Origin: Chrysomallon squamiferum
Taxonomy: Eukaryota > Animalia > Mollusca
NCBI GenBank assembly: GCA_012295275.1
Contig: CM022679.1
Coordinates: 372,001-436,000 of the forward strand
Length of the DNA stretch: 64,000 nucleotides
Direction: 5' to 3'
Shown here: one piece after another, positions 1 to 13,300 of the stretch
Position numbering within the stretch: position 1 is the stretch's first letter
Layout: each line of letters starts with the position of its first letter
Position numbers and translations under genes: made by a program
Notes under the pieces: model-generated
Database searches by the model: none
What the model was told of the DNA's origin: nothing
The model's input: only the letters and a program-made list of their open reading frames with translations

Positions 1-978
1 TTCTAACTGGTGTATTGACTCACGTGAACGTTTTATTATTCGTGGCTTTATTATTCGCATATTGCACTAAAACAATGTTTAAACGAAAATAAACACAAAA
101 ACAAACAACACACAAGGGACGTGCACAGATTCGCAGAAATTTAAATCCTATGTAACCCTCAAAATGTTCGCCGTACCCTTTTCATTTGCGTAACCCTATA
201 TATATATATATCAGTAATAATTCACATACAATAAGGATTGTGACTGAGATAAATTAATTAATACAGTTATCATGAGTTTCTTTATTATCTGAAAGAAAAT
301 AGCATTTCGTCGCGTTCGGTTAGTCGCGGTTCGGGAAAAATCTGAATAAAACGCACGCAATCGTCATATTACTGCTTTCTTTTTTTGGGTTTTCGTTACA
401 AAGTTTAAGTAATTTAGATACACGGCTGAAGGCGGGAGATTGTTATGCTACTGATAATTAATGGGTGGTTGATAATTAGTAATTTGTGACATTGTTAAAT
501 ACCACAGGAAAGGTTACATCGCAAATGGATCGAAATCTGTTGATTTCCAGTTTACCCAATACAAGTAACAGATAATTCTATATCCCAGACAACTAAAACA
601 ATTTTTCATGAAAGAATGTCGTCACTCACTGGCCAACACTGCTGATGTAGTGAATGGCGTTTTATTTACAACGATGAGCAAACTGTCGTTCAGCATAGCA
701 CAAAAGTGCGCTTTGCAAGGACGGTTTTGTGCGATCATCACGCGAATGAAACGATCGTATGCGCAATTTCTGCATCCCTGTGTGCGCGCGTGTGTGTGAA
801 CAAATTAAACAAACAAAATACATATATTTGTGTGTGTGTGTATTTGAATATGTGTATGTTTATATAAAAATTAAGAAAAAACAAAGCAACTAAGAATAAA
901 ACAGTAACTTGATATTATAATTATACAAGCTTGACGAGTTCGGCTTGGTTGAGCTACAGTACCTTTGGGCAATTAGTA

Positions 979-1043
979 CCAGGAAGTGGAAACATCGCGC
1001 CTGCGTAGAGTAGCAACCGAAGAAAAGAAGTAAATAATGGCGG
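979..1043 (+). promoter_or_regulatory. Probable housekeeping-type core promoter of the CK1 gene (ETS-, NRF1-like and YY1-like motifs)
   Basis: CCAGGAAGTG (979-988), CGCGCCTGCGT (996-1006) and AATAATGGCGG (1033-1043) cluster in a locally CpG-containing patch ~300 bp upstream of the ATG. Confidence 0.5.
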
Positions 1044-1188
1044 ATATATAGGAGAAAAGAAAGGCGAAATTTATCCGCAACATCTTTCGAATATTTAATA
1101 AAATATTAGATGTCTAACGATGTCAATCGATGGATGAAAGTTTTACTTTCCAAAATAAAGTAGTATTATAAAATCTAGTCGGAGGTAG
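1000..1188 (+). other. Probable non-coding first exon (5' UTR) of the CK1 gene; start approximate
   Basis: Tandem donors GAG|GTAGGT (1185) and TAG|GTAAGA (1189); pyrimidine-rich acceptor TTGTTTTCAG ends at 1308, 5 nt before the ATG. Confidence 0.5.
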
Positions 1189-1313
1189 GTAAGATGAATT
1201 AAGTGAAAACATAGCTACTGTACAGTGAAGTTTTGTTTATTTAGATAATCCTTCCCAGTGGATCACGTATTCAGTATTTTTATATCACTAATTCTGATTT
1301 GTTTTCAGTTAGA

Positions 1314-1389
1314 ATGGAGCTTCGGGTTGGTAACAAATACCGACTAGGCCGCAAGATTGGAAGCGGATCATTTGGAGACATCTATTTAG
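1314..1389 (+). CDS. CSNK1D/E: CK1 coding exon 1
   Basis: [25 protein letters not shown](G), donor GTAAGC. Confidence 0.97.
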
Positions 1390-4300
1390 GTAAGCAGTAT
1401 GTTCTTTATCTTTCTTTTTGACATTTGTCAGCTGTCACTGAAAAAGGAGAGAGAGAGAGAGGAGAAAAAACGAATAACTCTACCATTAAAAAACAAAACA
1501 ATTAAAAACAAGTTAAAAATTAAAATAAAAAATCTAATAATAAAAAGAAGGAAATAAATAATTACAGTTTTACTGTTACTTATTTAGGATTATGGTGATA
1601 AAATATTTTTACATGTATAATATTGATTTATTGTTACTGATCATTTTGGTATGTATAATTTTGAATTAAAATAATGAAAATACAATGTATATGATCTCAT
1701 GTTCACTTTGTTCATATAATTTAATAAATTAAAAATTGATGACATTCAGGAGTGAACTAATCACTGAAGAAAAAAAAAGTATTTAATTGTTAATGTCACA
1801 GAGATGATTGGGAAAAAAATAATTTACAGTTTCAGTGGTAAAAACGTTTTTTGACATATTAAAAAGTTGAATGTATTTCAGTAATTTCATGAATAAAAAT
1901 ATTACACAACACTATAAAGAACAATCTGCATCCTTCAAATCTTGAATTGATTTTAAAAATTGTTTTAGCTGACATATATTTTTTTTAAATCATATTTTCA
2001 AATGGTAAAAATAAAGGAGTCTATAACTCAGCATACTTGTGCTCTAAGACATCTGAACAATCACAATGGAATGCATGGGTGAGACCTAATGTTTTGTTCA
2101 AGCAGTAATTAATAATGTTAGAAAACTCTCTATACCACCCAGCACGTTAGTTTGTTATAAATATATGGCTGTATATGTTTTGTGTTTCCTGTTTAAAATA
2201 AATACACTTTTTATGAAACACCTAAAATTTCAAAACACCGGTTTAACTTGAATGATGTTCAGGCACGAGTACTTTGTAAGTAAAATCATGATAGGAGTCA
2301 GTGTAGTTTTATAGCAGTAATTTTCTTCAACTTTTACTCTGACTTTTGTATGTAAAATCTTCAAAGAGTAATTTAAAAGTAGTTTACAGCTGCCATGGAT
2401 GTCACAGGACAAGAGACTATTCCGTCAGTAGTTAGAATGTTGAATCATTAGTATAAACTAACCATATTTTAAAAATAATTTTACAGGCACAGATATTTCC
2501 AATGGAGAGGAAGTTGCGATAAAGTTAGAATGTGTAAAGACAAAACATCCACAGCTGCACATAGAGAGCAAGATTTACCGCATGATGCAGGGAGGTGGTA
2601 AGAGTTCCTCAGTTTTCTCTAGGGCTGCATGACTTGACATAGAAGTCTCTGATCATCTAGATTCACATTTCACAATACACAGTAATTTCACCATTGTCAT
2701 TCTATGTTATTTATCACTTAGTAAGCATTGACCCTCTCACAGTTTTCTGAAAGAACCTTTCAATAAAAATGTTAGACTGATTGCACATAATTTATGAAAT
2801 AACAGGTCATTAAAGTTTGACTTACTCTGGTTCTGGATTGACCTATGAATGTCAGTCAAGTATTGTTTTATGGTTTTTAAATGAGAATAGTTTCTAATGG
2901 AAAAGAAAAGCCTAAAAGTAAAAACTTCAGATTTGTCAATTGATTTTGACATTACCAAAATATATAACCTCAGACTTTAAATATGTATATATATACATAT
3001 ATATATATATATGAGCAGTAACTGTTGGAATAGTGCACACAGTTTCTGATGTGGTGTCATTGTATGTGCGTGTTACAGTCAAACCCACTTTATGTATTTG
3101 GTATTCCCTTGTGGTTTCATGTTTTATGTAAGAAAATTCAAATGAAGTATTTCTACAAAAGTTATTTATATATAAAAAACACTTGTAAAAAGAACAAATA
3201 ATTTAAAAAAAAAAGAAAAGAAAAGGAAATAGTGGAAAAACATTTAGTTTTTATCACAGAATGATGATAAGAAGTACTTGAGTTTTCAGTAACTGTGATC
3301 AGAGACTTCCTGTCATTAAATTACTAATTTAATTTTTATATCTCATGCATGATCTGTCTGATAATATATTTTGTTAGCATATTTTATATCTGAGTTTTTT
3401 TTTTTTTTTCCGTATTCATGCTGACTCATTAATAAATGCTTAAACTTCTTTTCTTAATTCACCTTTGATGAGTGTATGCAAACTGAAATTTAGTGTCTGC
3501 AGTGTGTTAATCTCACTTTGAATATGGGCATTTAAACAGCATGGTGTTTTTATAAAAAATTCAAACGACTGATATTTTTCAATTTGTATGGTGACAGTGT
3601 ATTGTTTGTAATATTATCTGAACCTGATTATAACCGTTCCTGCTTCCATTTTTAGCATTAAGACTAGACTATGGAAATATAATCATTTTGCAAATCATTA
3701 GGATGATTGTGTTGATAAATTGCTGATAAATATGAGTAAAAGATAGATCTAATGTGTTAAACGTTCTTTGAAGGTTGGAAAATAGTGCTGTCCAGTCCTA
3801 TATATTTTATTATAGAATAAAACAAATAAACTGTCAAAAATATGAATTTTTGCTCACTGATGGGAAAATACTTTTTACTATCACAGGCAACTTTTTCTTC
3901 TTCTTTTCTTTAATGTGGATAATCCAGCAGAGAGTTTATTATCATATTGAACAAACCACCAGTCATTAAAATGGATGGACTTTTCCTCTGTCATGTCAAT
4001 AGGGGGCTTATCTGCAGATAGATGAATTTAAAATATAAATTTCCACTTTATTTATCATAATGCATGGGACAGCAACAAATATCACCTTCTATAGTGTCTA
4101 TCTTTATCAAGCCTGCACTTAATTTGTGTAAGGCTGTCTGTATATCAAGACTTCAGACATACTTTTTAATATAAAATCTGACATGCTGTCTTTTTCTTGG
4201 ATCACAAGAGGTTGCTTTGTTTATTGGAATTGATTATTCTTGGAAATAGCTCAGTAAATAATCATTGAAGAAATAGTGATGCATTTTGGGTAAGATATCA

Positions 4301-7300
4301 TTCTGCATTTGTCATCATGTGCTGTAGATGGTGATTGGTTATGTAGTTCACTTGACTTAAAGGACTGTGATGGATGTTCTGACCATTGTTTACGAAATTT
4401 AATCAGCTGTTTCACACAAATTTACCCAAATAAGATGTTACACTATAACCGAAAACATGTAAGTACTTTCAGGAAAGATGTAGAAAAGATCAGTTTACAT
4501 GGTAATGATAAAAAAAAAAGTATTGAACACTGATATTATCTAATGTCAGTTTCCTGAACTGCATTTCATAATATTATTTCCCATTTAAAAAAAACAACAA
4601 AAAAAAACATAATAAAAAAACCAAAGAAAGATTTTATAATACAAAAATGTTGATGATATTTACAATTTTGTAATAGCATTTAGAAATTGTCTTAAAAAAA
4701 TAAAAAATCTTAATAGATTAACCTCTCTGTTATAAACATACACATGCATTTGAAATATTTACCTGCAATATTTGACCTGTCAGTTATGGAGATGCTGAAA
4801 CTGAAATCAAACCGATCTTCTTCTCTTTTTTTTATCTTTTTTTTTTATCTCTCCTTTCTAATGTGTAACTGACACTGAAAATAAAGGGGTAAAAAAGAAG
4901 ATTTTACCACTGCATGGCTCCTTAATATTCAAAACCAATTGGTCCACTAAGTGTGGTCACTGAGAATATGAATTTACTTTTAAGTACAAATGTTATCTGT
5001 TGTGTATGTTAATATACGATTCTGCCTATACTTTATGATTGTACAGATGTTATCAACTTGTATTTGTTGAGAATTCAAATGATTTGGGATATAAACTTGT
5101 GATATCAGTAAGCCAAACGTTAATGTTTCTCCATTTCATTGGTTGCATGTTTTAGTATCCAATACACACTTAATAATGCATGTTTTCTGGAGTAGATAAT
5201 TGATTAAAATTTATCCAAGTAAGTTTTAAAATGTAGCTATGTTAAAATTATATTTCAAACCTTTACTAATTCTCCTCTGTTGAATTAACCATCAAAAACA
5301 AAGTTACTGGGTCTCTAAAACTGTTGGATAAACATATATCATGAAGTTAGCTAAAATATTTCCAGTAAACCTTAAAAGCAAATAAATGTGAAGTGTAGGT
5401 GTAAATTTGAACATCCTAGTATAACTTGAAGATTAATGATACGTTACAGCTGTCTTACTTTACAGGTTATTAACAATTTGCAGTTTTCAAGTTATTCATG
5501 ATGAGGCACAGCTGGAATTGATGAAATGCAAATATGATTGCAAATAAATGGCTGTAGATAACACATAGTACATTTTCATGTTTTGAATATATGTAAAAAT
5601 TTGAATGGGTTTAGATATGGCTTCTTTTTGCTACTGTTGATATAACTTTGTGACCATGTTAAAGAATAACAGTATAAATGTAATAGATTATACAAACACT
5701 GCAGCCAGATGTGTTTAAAGAGCCAGCTGTTAATAAGAGTTTTATTGAACTCCCATACAAAATATAGCTTATTTGTTTGTTTTTATTATTGTTTCACTGC
5801 TGTTAAAATTGATCATCTTCAGCAGATATTTTTAAGAACTGGTCTGAATAAACTGGTCTATATTTAAGCCTTAGCAATATGTATATTTAATAATTTTTCC
5901 AAAACATAAATGTTACCATTTTTGTTTTTGTCTTGCTTTGGGTGAAACATCATCCAGTATGTATTCTTTTTGTGGGGGTATTTAAGTGATGAAATTGGAT
6001 TTTTAAAAATACTTTGGTAACACTGAATATTTATGATGAAATTATTTTATATACTTTTCAGCAACATGAATAGTTTGTTATTTTTGTAAAAAAAGGGTCA
6101 TCTTCTGCTGACACTGGTGACACTGGTGACACTGACATTTCTTTCTGCTCATTTGCTAGTATTAAATATTTATTTTATTCTTCTTTCTTTTTTTTTCAGA
6201 ATTTAATTTTTTAAAAATATTATTATTTTTTTTTTTTCATTCAAATAATGGGAACAAAGTAAGACTGCTGTATAGAAAATATTTTTATGTCTAGATGTGA
6301 AAGCATGTTGTCTCTCTGTTTTTCAGTGGGCATACCTACAATTAAGTGGTGTGGTGCTGAAGGAGACTACAATGTTATGGTGATGGAATTGCTGGGACCC
6401 AGTCTTGAAGATCTCTTTAACTTTTGTTCACGCAAATTCAGTCTTAAAACAGTTTTGCTTTTGGCAGATCAGTTGGTATGAAAAGAAAGTTTTATATTTT
6501 ATTCATATGTACTGGTTGATTATTTGTTGTTTATATCAGAGTTAATAAGATATTCTTTTTTTTCACAAAATGAAACGTTTAGCATTTTTCTTAAACATAA
6601 ATGTTAAATGCTTGTTCTATAACATTTTAATCTGAAAATGTTTTGTTTTCTAGATAAGCCGAATTGAATACATACATTCTAAGAATTTTATTCACCGTGA
6701 TGTGAAACCAGACAATTTTCTGATGGGTCTAGGTAAAAAGGGCAATTTAGTTTACATAATAGACTTTGGACTTGCCAAAAAGTACAGAGATGCACGGACA
6801 CATCAGCACATACCTTATCGAGAAAACAAGAATCTCACAGGAACAGCTAGATATGCCAGTATAAACACACATTTGGGAATAGGTAAGTATTTGATTTAAA
6901 ACAAATTGTTAAGCTTTCCCGATCTACATGATTCAAAGGAGAGTGATCACAGGCTTTAGTCAAAATGTACATTTCTCAGTTTTACTGTCAATATTTTGAG
7001 AACAAAACTGACAGCATTGTTATATTTTGGTGATTATTTTCAAAACGTTGTTAGATTTCTGTTTATTTTGAGAGCAAAACAGATGCTTTGACTTTGTTAT
7101 ATTTCTGTGATTATTTTCAGAACAAATCATATTAGAACTTTGTTACATTTCTGTGACTATTTTCAGAACAAAGCAGGCGGGATGACATGGAGTCATTAGG
7201 CTATGTGTTTATGTACTTCCTTAGAGGAAGTTTGCCATGGCAAGGATTAAAGGCAGCAACTAAAAGACAGAAATATGAGAGAATCAGTGAGAAAAAAATG

Positions 7301-10300
7301 TCAACTCCAATTGAAGAGCTCTGTAAAGGATTTCCTTGTGAGTTATATCATTACAGTTACTTTAAATGTTGCATTGCAGTAGAAGAAATGTCAGTTATAC
7401 TGTTATTTTCATTGTACTTTAGAAGTGCTTATATGTAAATATTTTGATTCATTTAACATTAAAATATTTGCATATTTTTTATTTGTTGAATATTTTATTT
7501 AAAATTGTGATAGTGTGCCAGTTATTTATATCTGTTATTCCCAACAATTATATTTCAGTAACTTTATTTTTAAAACAAAATATTCATTCATGCCCCATAC
7601 TTTGGAATTTCCAATTGCTTGTAAAATGATCAAATTTCTTAGAATAAATTGATGAAAATTCCACAAAATGATTGTTTTAAAAACACCAATTAAAGCCATT
7701 TTTCAGTTTTAGATTCCCACATATTTTTAACAGTTAAAAACTAATCTGAATCAACTCTGTTTTGAGTTGCTTTGTTATTTCTGGCTTGAGACATGCAGAT
7801 CAGCAGGAAATTTGCATGCAGCATTTAGTCTGTTTGGTAGTAAAATGCAGCTGATGTAATTGCAACATTTTTGTTTCTGATGTTCAGTTTTTGTATGTGA
7901 TGATAGGATAGTGCTGTAACTCAGCACTGTGCAGTTGGTAGACAAGGCTGACACATAAAGAAAAGCTTTAATAAAGAATAAAAACTGATTTGTTGTGCTC
8001 CTTTCCAGCATGAAACCTCATTAATTTTGTTAAAAAAATGTTAAATACATTACTGCTTTTGAAGATGTAAATTTTTTTGTGTTGTTTTAAAGCTGAAAAT
8101 TTCCTTTATAACAACATGTACATAATTTTGTTTTCATACTTTGTAACCTACTGCTCTTTACTGTTTTGTAAAAATGTAATGTTTGTTTAATTTCAGCTGA
8201 GTTTGCAACGTATTTGAATTTCTGCCGTTCACTGCGCTTTGATGACAAACCTGACTACTCGTATCTACGACAACTATTCCGTAACCTCTTCCATCGACAG
8301 GGCTTCACCTACGACTACGTTTTTGACTGGAACATGTTAAAATTTGTATGTTGCAAATATTTTTGAAAAGTTTATGGATGTAAAAATTAGCACTATTTGT
8401 TTTCTTTTTTTCTTCATTTGTAATCCTAATAATTAAATATCCCAAACATTTGGCCAGCGCAACATTTTTATTACAAAACTAGATATATTGAATTTTTGTT
8501 GTCAGATATACAAGACTGGTAATCAGTGTTAAATATAAACTGTTTGAATTCAGACTGTCAGACACATAACACTGGTAATCAGTGTTAAATGTAAGCTGTT
8601 TGAATTCAGACTGTCAGACACATAACACTGGTAATCAGTGTTCAATGTAAACTGTTTGAATTCAGACTGTCAGACACATAACACTGGTAATCAGTGTTCA
8701 ATGTAAACTGTTTGAATTCAGACTGTCAGACACATAACACTGGTAATCAGTGTTCAATGTAAACTGTTTGAATTCAGACTGTCAGACACATAACACTGGT
8801 AATCAGTGTTCAATGTAAACTGTTTGAATTCAGACTGTCAGACACATAACACTGGTAATCAGTGTTCAATGTAAACTGTTTGAATTCAGACTGTCAGACA
8901 CATAACACTGGTAATCAGTGTTCAATGTAAACTGTTTGAATTCAGACTGTTAACACTGGTAATCAGTGTTCAATGTAAACTGTTTGAATTCAGACTGTCA
9001 GACACATAACACTGGTAATCAGTGTTCAATGTAAACTGTTTGAATTCAGACTGTCAGACACATAACACTGGTAATCAGTGTTAAATGTAAACTGTTTGAA
9101 TTTAGGGTGTTCGAGGCTCAGAAGATATGGATAAAGACCGCAAACTTCACAGCTCAACAAGAGGAATTCAGGGAACTGCTGTTCCTGGGCGTGTGCGTAG
9201 TGATCAACTTGGTGTACAGGCAGTTCCTCAGTCTGGAGATTTCAACTGTAAGTAGACAATTTTGTTTGAAAACTTACTAGTTTATTTCACATTGTTTCTA
9301 TTTCACCTCTGTTATCATGAGTATTGAAATTTAATACATTCTGTTATAGAAAAAAAAAGTTGCAAAATGCATGTTTATTAAGTGATACAATTTTCATGTT
9401 GACATTCTTATTAAAAACATTATTGTATAAGTGCTGTAAATAATGTTTATTGTAAACATTAATGAAAACCTACTGAGGTAAAAGCTGCTGATAAAAAACC
9501 CACTTTTTCACTGAGATTTCATGAACATGCGTGACTTCAGAGGTGAGAATGTCACTTCACATTAAATCTTATAACATTAACTCTACAAGTTTTTTATTCA
9601 ATTTTATATTTCTGTTCATTTTTCTTTTTTGTACCAATGTCAGATTGTTATGGCATACAGCATGGCTTGTTAGAAATGTTGAATTTTGAAAAATAATTCA
9701 TTTTAAAGAAATTGCATCTTGCTGTTTAGTTGAAATGTTCCCAGATTGATTAAAGTTTACTTTTGTATGTGAAAAATCATTTTGAAAAAAGAAAAAATTA
9801 TTTTATATTTATATTTTTTGAAACCTGTTTTGGTTAGTTATCAAAATAATGTTAACAAGTAATATTACAAAGTCCAGTAGCTATGATAGTTCAGTGATTA
9901 TTAAATCTTTTGACACTGATTTAAAATCCAACAAAAATGTTGTGACAAAAGCAGTTAAGCATTATTTGTCAGTTTTATATGTCATAAATTAGACTTTGCA
10001 TTCACTTTTGTTATTTTGTTTGTGAATTTGTAACAATCAGATTTTTAACTTGTGAGAACTTTATTGGTAATTTGAAGTCTAATGTCACAGTTGAGATGAT
10101 GGCAGGAAATCTGATGTAAATTTAGAATTTTCATTCAGGATTGTCAACAAAGAAAAAATAGGAAAACAAAGGAAGGTTTCAGTGGGATATGGACATCAGA
10201 TTGAGAATTTATGCTGTGTAACAAATTTGTTAAAACACTGACCATAGAAACACATCAAAACACATCAGTGTCTGCATCCAAAATAACTAAATTTGATTTT

Positions 10301-13300
10301 TATTTAACTGTTAGGAAAGAATTGTTTTCATGTATAGTGAAGAATTTGCAGTTTGAGGAGAGGTTAATGAAAATGAACAACTTGAGTTCTGAGTTTCTGC
10401 ATGCAAATGAAATAAGGAAACCTGAATTGCATGTTCTGCATGAAATTGTCTTATTGTATGTACAGCAGTCAGTAGTTCTGTGATTTTCTTAACAAGCATT
10501 AAAACTACTGTTTTTCACTGTTATATCTAAAATGGTTATCTGTTCACCATTGTTAACTGGCTATCAACAGTTCATTTGACTGATAAAACTGCGTTCATTT
10601 TCATCAGTTTATTGTAAAGTGATTAATAAACAGCATGCTTGTATATACCAAGTTTGAAGAGTTGTATATGTAAAGAATTATGCTTATTATCATATCACTT
10701 GATAATTTGTAATATTTTATGTACATGTCAATACATAGAAGAAAATGTGGGTTTGCTTTACTGACATTGAATTCCAGATTAAAACATTATTCTTTAAATG
10801 GGTGTGTGACAAAAATACTGCAGTAATTAGCATTAAAAATAAAAAAAGTATTACTTTTCAACAGTGGTTGAGCTTTTTGAAGAATGTGTCAATAAAAATG
10901 TCATAGCTAGTTTATTTGTATCTGTTTATATGGATTTATCCTTTTGTGTCCATTTTTCTGTTGACCCGTTTTTGTTTTTAATCCTTTAAGACCTCAGTAT
11001 GTAATGTGTACAATTAGTAAACTTTGTCAACATTATAACTTAAACATAGAAAGATTTTCTTTTAATAAATGGCATCCAGCAGACATAGGTGCTTTTTTTT
11101 TCTTTTTGGGGGATTTCAGCTAACAAACAAAAGTGTATGCATTGGTTTATATTGGATATATTGTTTTCAAGTTTGATCTGTTTTTGTGTATGTATTTTGG
11201 TGTTTTTCCAACAACAAAATAAAAAAATATCTGTGTTAGAAATAGACTGCCATTGTAGTGAAATACGGCAGGTTGAGATCTTGGTGATGAAACACATGTT
11301 TAATGACGTATTTATTTGTGATAGTGATAAAATGTTAAAGGTTTTCACCAGTGTGAAATAGAATGGTTTTCAGTTAACAAATATAACATTACTTGTTTTA
11401 TAATAAATGTTTGTCAGATAATGTGTTGTTGGGTATGTCTCATATTTTTCAGCATTTTCCAGTTGAAATGATATAGAAAATAACTGCATTTCTGTAGACT
11501 ATTTAGTGTTAAAAAAAAAGAAAAGAAAAGATTTACCCAGATTGTGACTGATTACCTGTAATATTCATTGTCAGTATAATGAGAACAATCATTAGACATA
11601 AGATATAAAGATAAGATGCCATTACCTTAAAATAATATTATGGCATTGTTTTCAAGGAAAAAATAGTGCTAAAATTCCATGGTATTTTTCACAGAAATTC
11701 AGTTTGATTCTTTCACTTGTATATTGCAGAATATAATTGAAGTATAAATAGTGATAGTAAAGTATATGTAACAGTCTAGTTTCTGGTGTTGAAAATGAAG
11801 ACAATAATCCAGTAAGAGTATTTAAGACTGACAAATAGTGTAGATTATGTCAAACTAGTAATAAGCAAACTGTCTACAGTCTGGTTATGGGATCTTTCTT
11901 TTAATGATTAAAAAAAAAAACAAAAAAAAACAAACAAACAAAAAACAACAACCCTTGTTTTAGTCACTATTAAATAACTTGTTAGTATTCTTGTTTTAGA
12001 ATTAACATTAAAACTAATGGTAAAAGAACAGTGATTAGTTACATTGATGTTTTTTTCTTTTTTCTTCTATTATTAATAAAGGGCAAGACTTCAGTCAGTA
12101 GTCACTTTAGTGTATCAAAAATATATCATATTCCAATATTATACATGTATATTAGTATATTAACTTCTTCATGGATAAACTAAATACGGTGAAAAGTATT
12201 TTGAAAAACATATGGTCTAAGGAATGGGGTTGCCCAAAACTGAAATGAAAACCAACATAAGATACAATCAAACACTGTAAACAATGATAATGCTTTTTGT
12301 GATTTGTTGATGATGATGATAATGATGTTGATATCACTTGTATAATTAACTGATAATAATGATGCTGTTATTTGCTGTTGATGGTTACACTATTGTATGA
12401 TTTGCCAATGATGATGCTGTTATATGATTTGTTGATGAAGATAATGTATGTTTTATTGATATCACTTGTATGATTGATTGTTGATAATAATGCTGTTGTA
12501 TGATTGTTTGATGATGACATGTTTTTGTATGGTTTGTTGATAACGATAATGCTGTTATATGATTTATTGATGAAGAAGATAACAGTGGTATGATTCGATG
12601 ATAATATAGTATGATTTGTTGATAATGATAATGCTGTTACATGATCTGTTGATAGTATGATAATGTATGATTTGTTGACAGTATGATAATAATAATGTAT
12701 GATTTGTTGACAGTATGATAATAATGTATGATTTGTTGACAGTATGATAATAATATTGTATGATTTATTGACAGTATGATAATACTGTTGTATGAATGGC
12801 AGTAAACTGGGCAGCATTCTAAACTTGAGCCAGTTTATTTTGATTGAATATAGGTTATCATAAAATAGTCATTGGTTTAGTCACACATTTAGTTTGTTTG
12901 TGTGTCAGGTTAATTTGTTGTGTTTAGAAATGACCACATCTGCTTTCCCTTTAAGATATTGTCTCCATCCGAAGCAAATTTAGTATTTGAATACCTTTAA
13001 TACATTTTTAAAAAGTCTTCATTTATTCTAAGGAGATTACGAGACTGGTCACCGCTTTTAATGAATCTCTGTGATACGTTTTTTACATACTGCTACTCGT
13101 GTAAAATAAATATATATATATAGACTGTACAGAAAAGGTTTGATGAATTTGAAAGGAAGGGTTATCTCCAGAAAACATTGGTTTCCACAGTCAGTATATT
13201 TAATTCATTGTGGTTCTTCAGTTCATGTTTGAGTTAAATATTTATAACTAAAACATCAAATCCATTTTAATAAATAATGATATGGGTAAAACATAAAACA

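Noticed and set aside
500-800. Short ORFs upstream of the CK1 promoter suggesting a divergent gene
   Set aside because: No recognisable protein or convincing splice structure within the window
8498-9105. Palindrome-containing direct repeats suggestive of a CRISPR array (also 24873-25663)
   Set aside because: Head-to-tail units with no unique spacers, no cas genes, and eukaryotic intronic context
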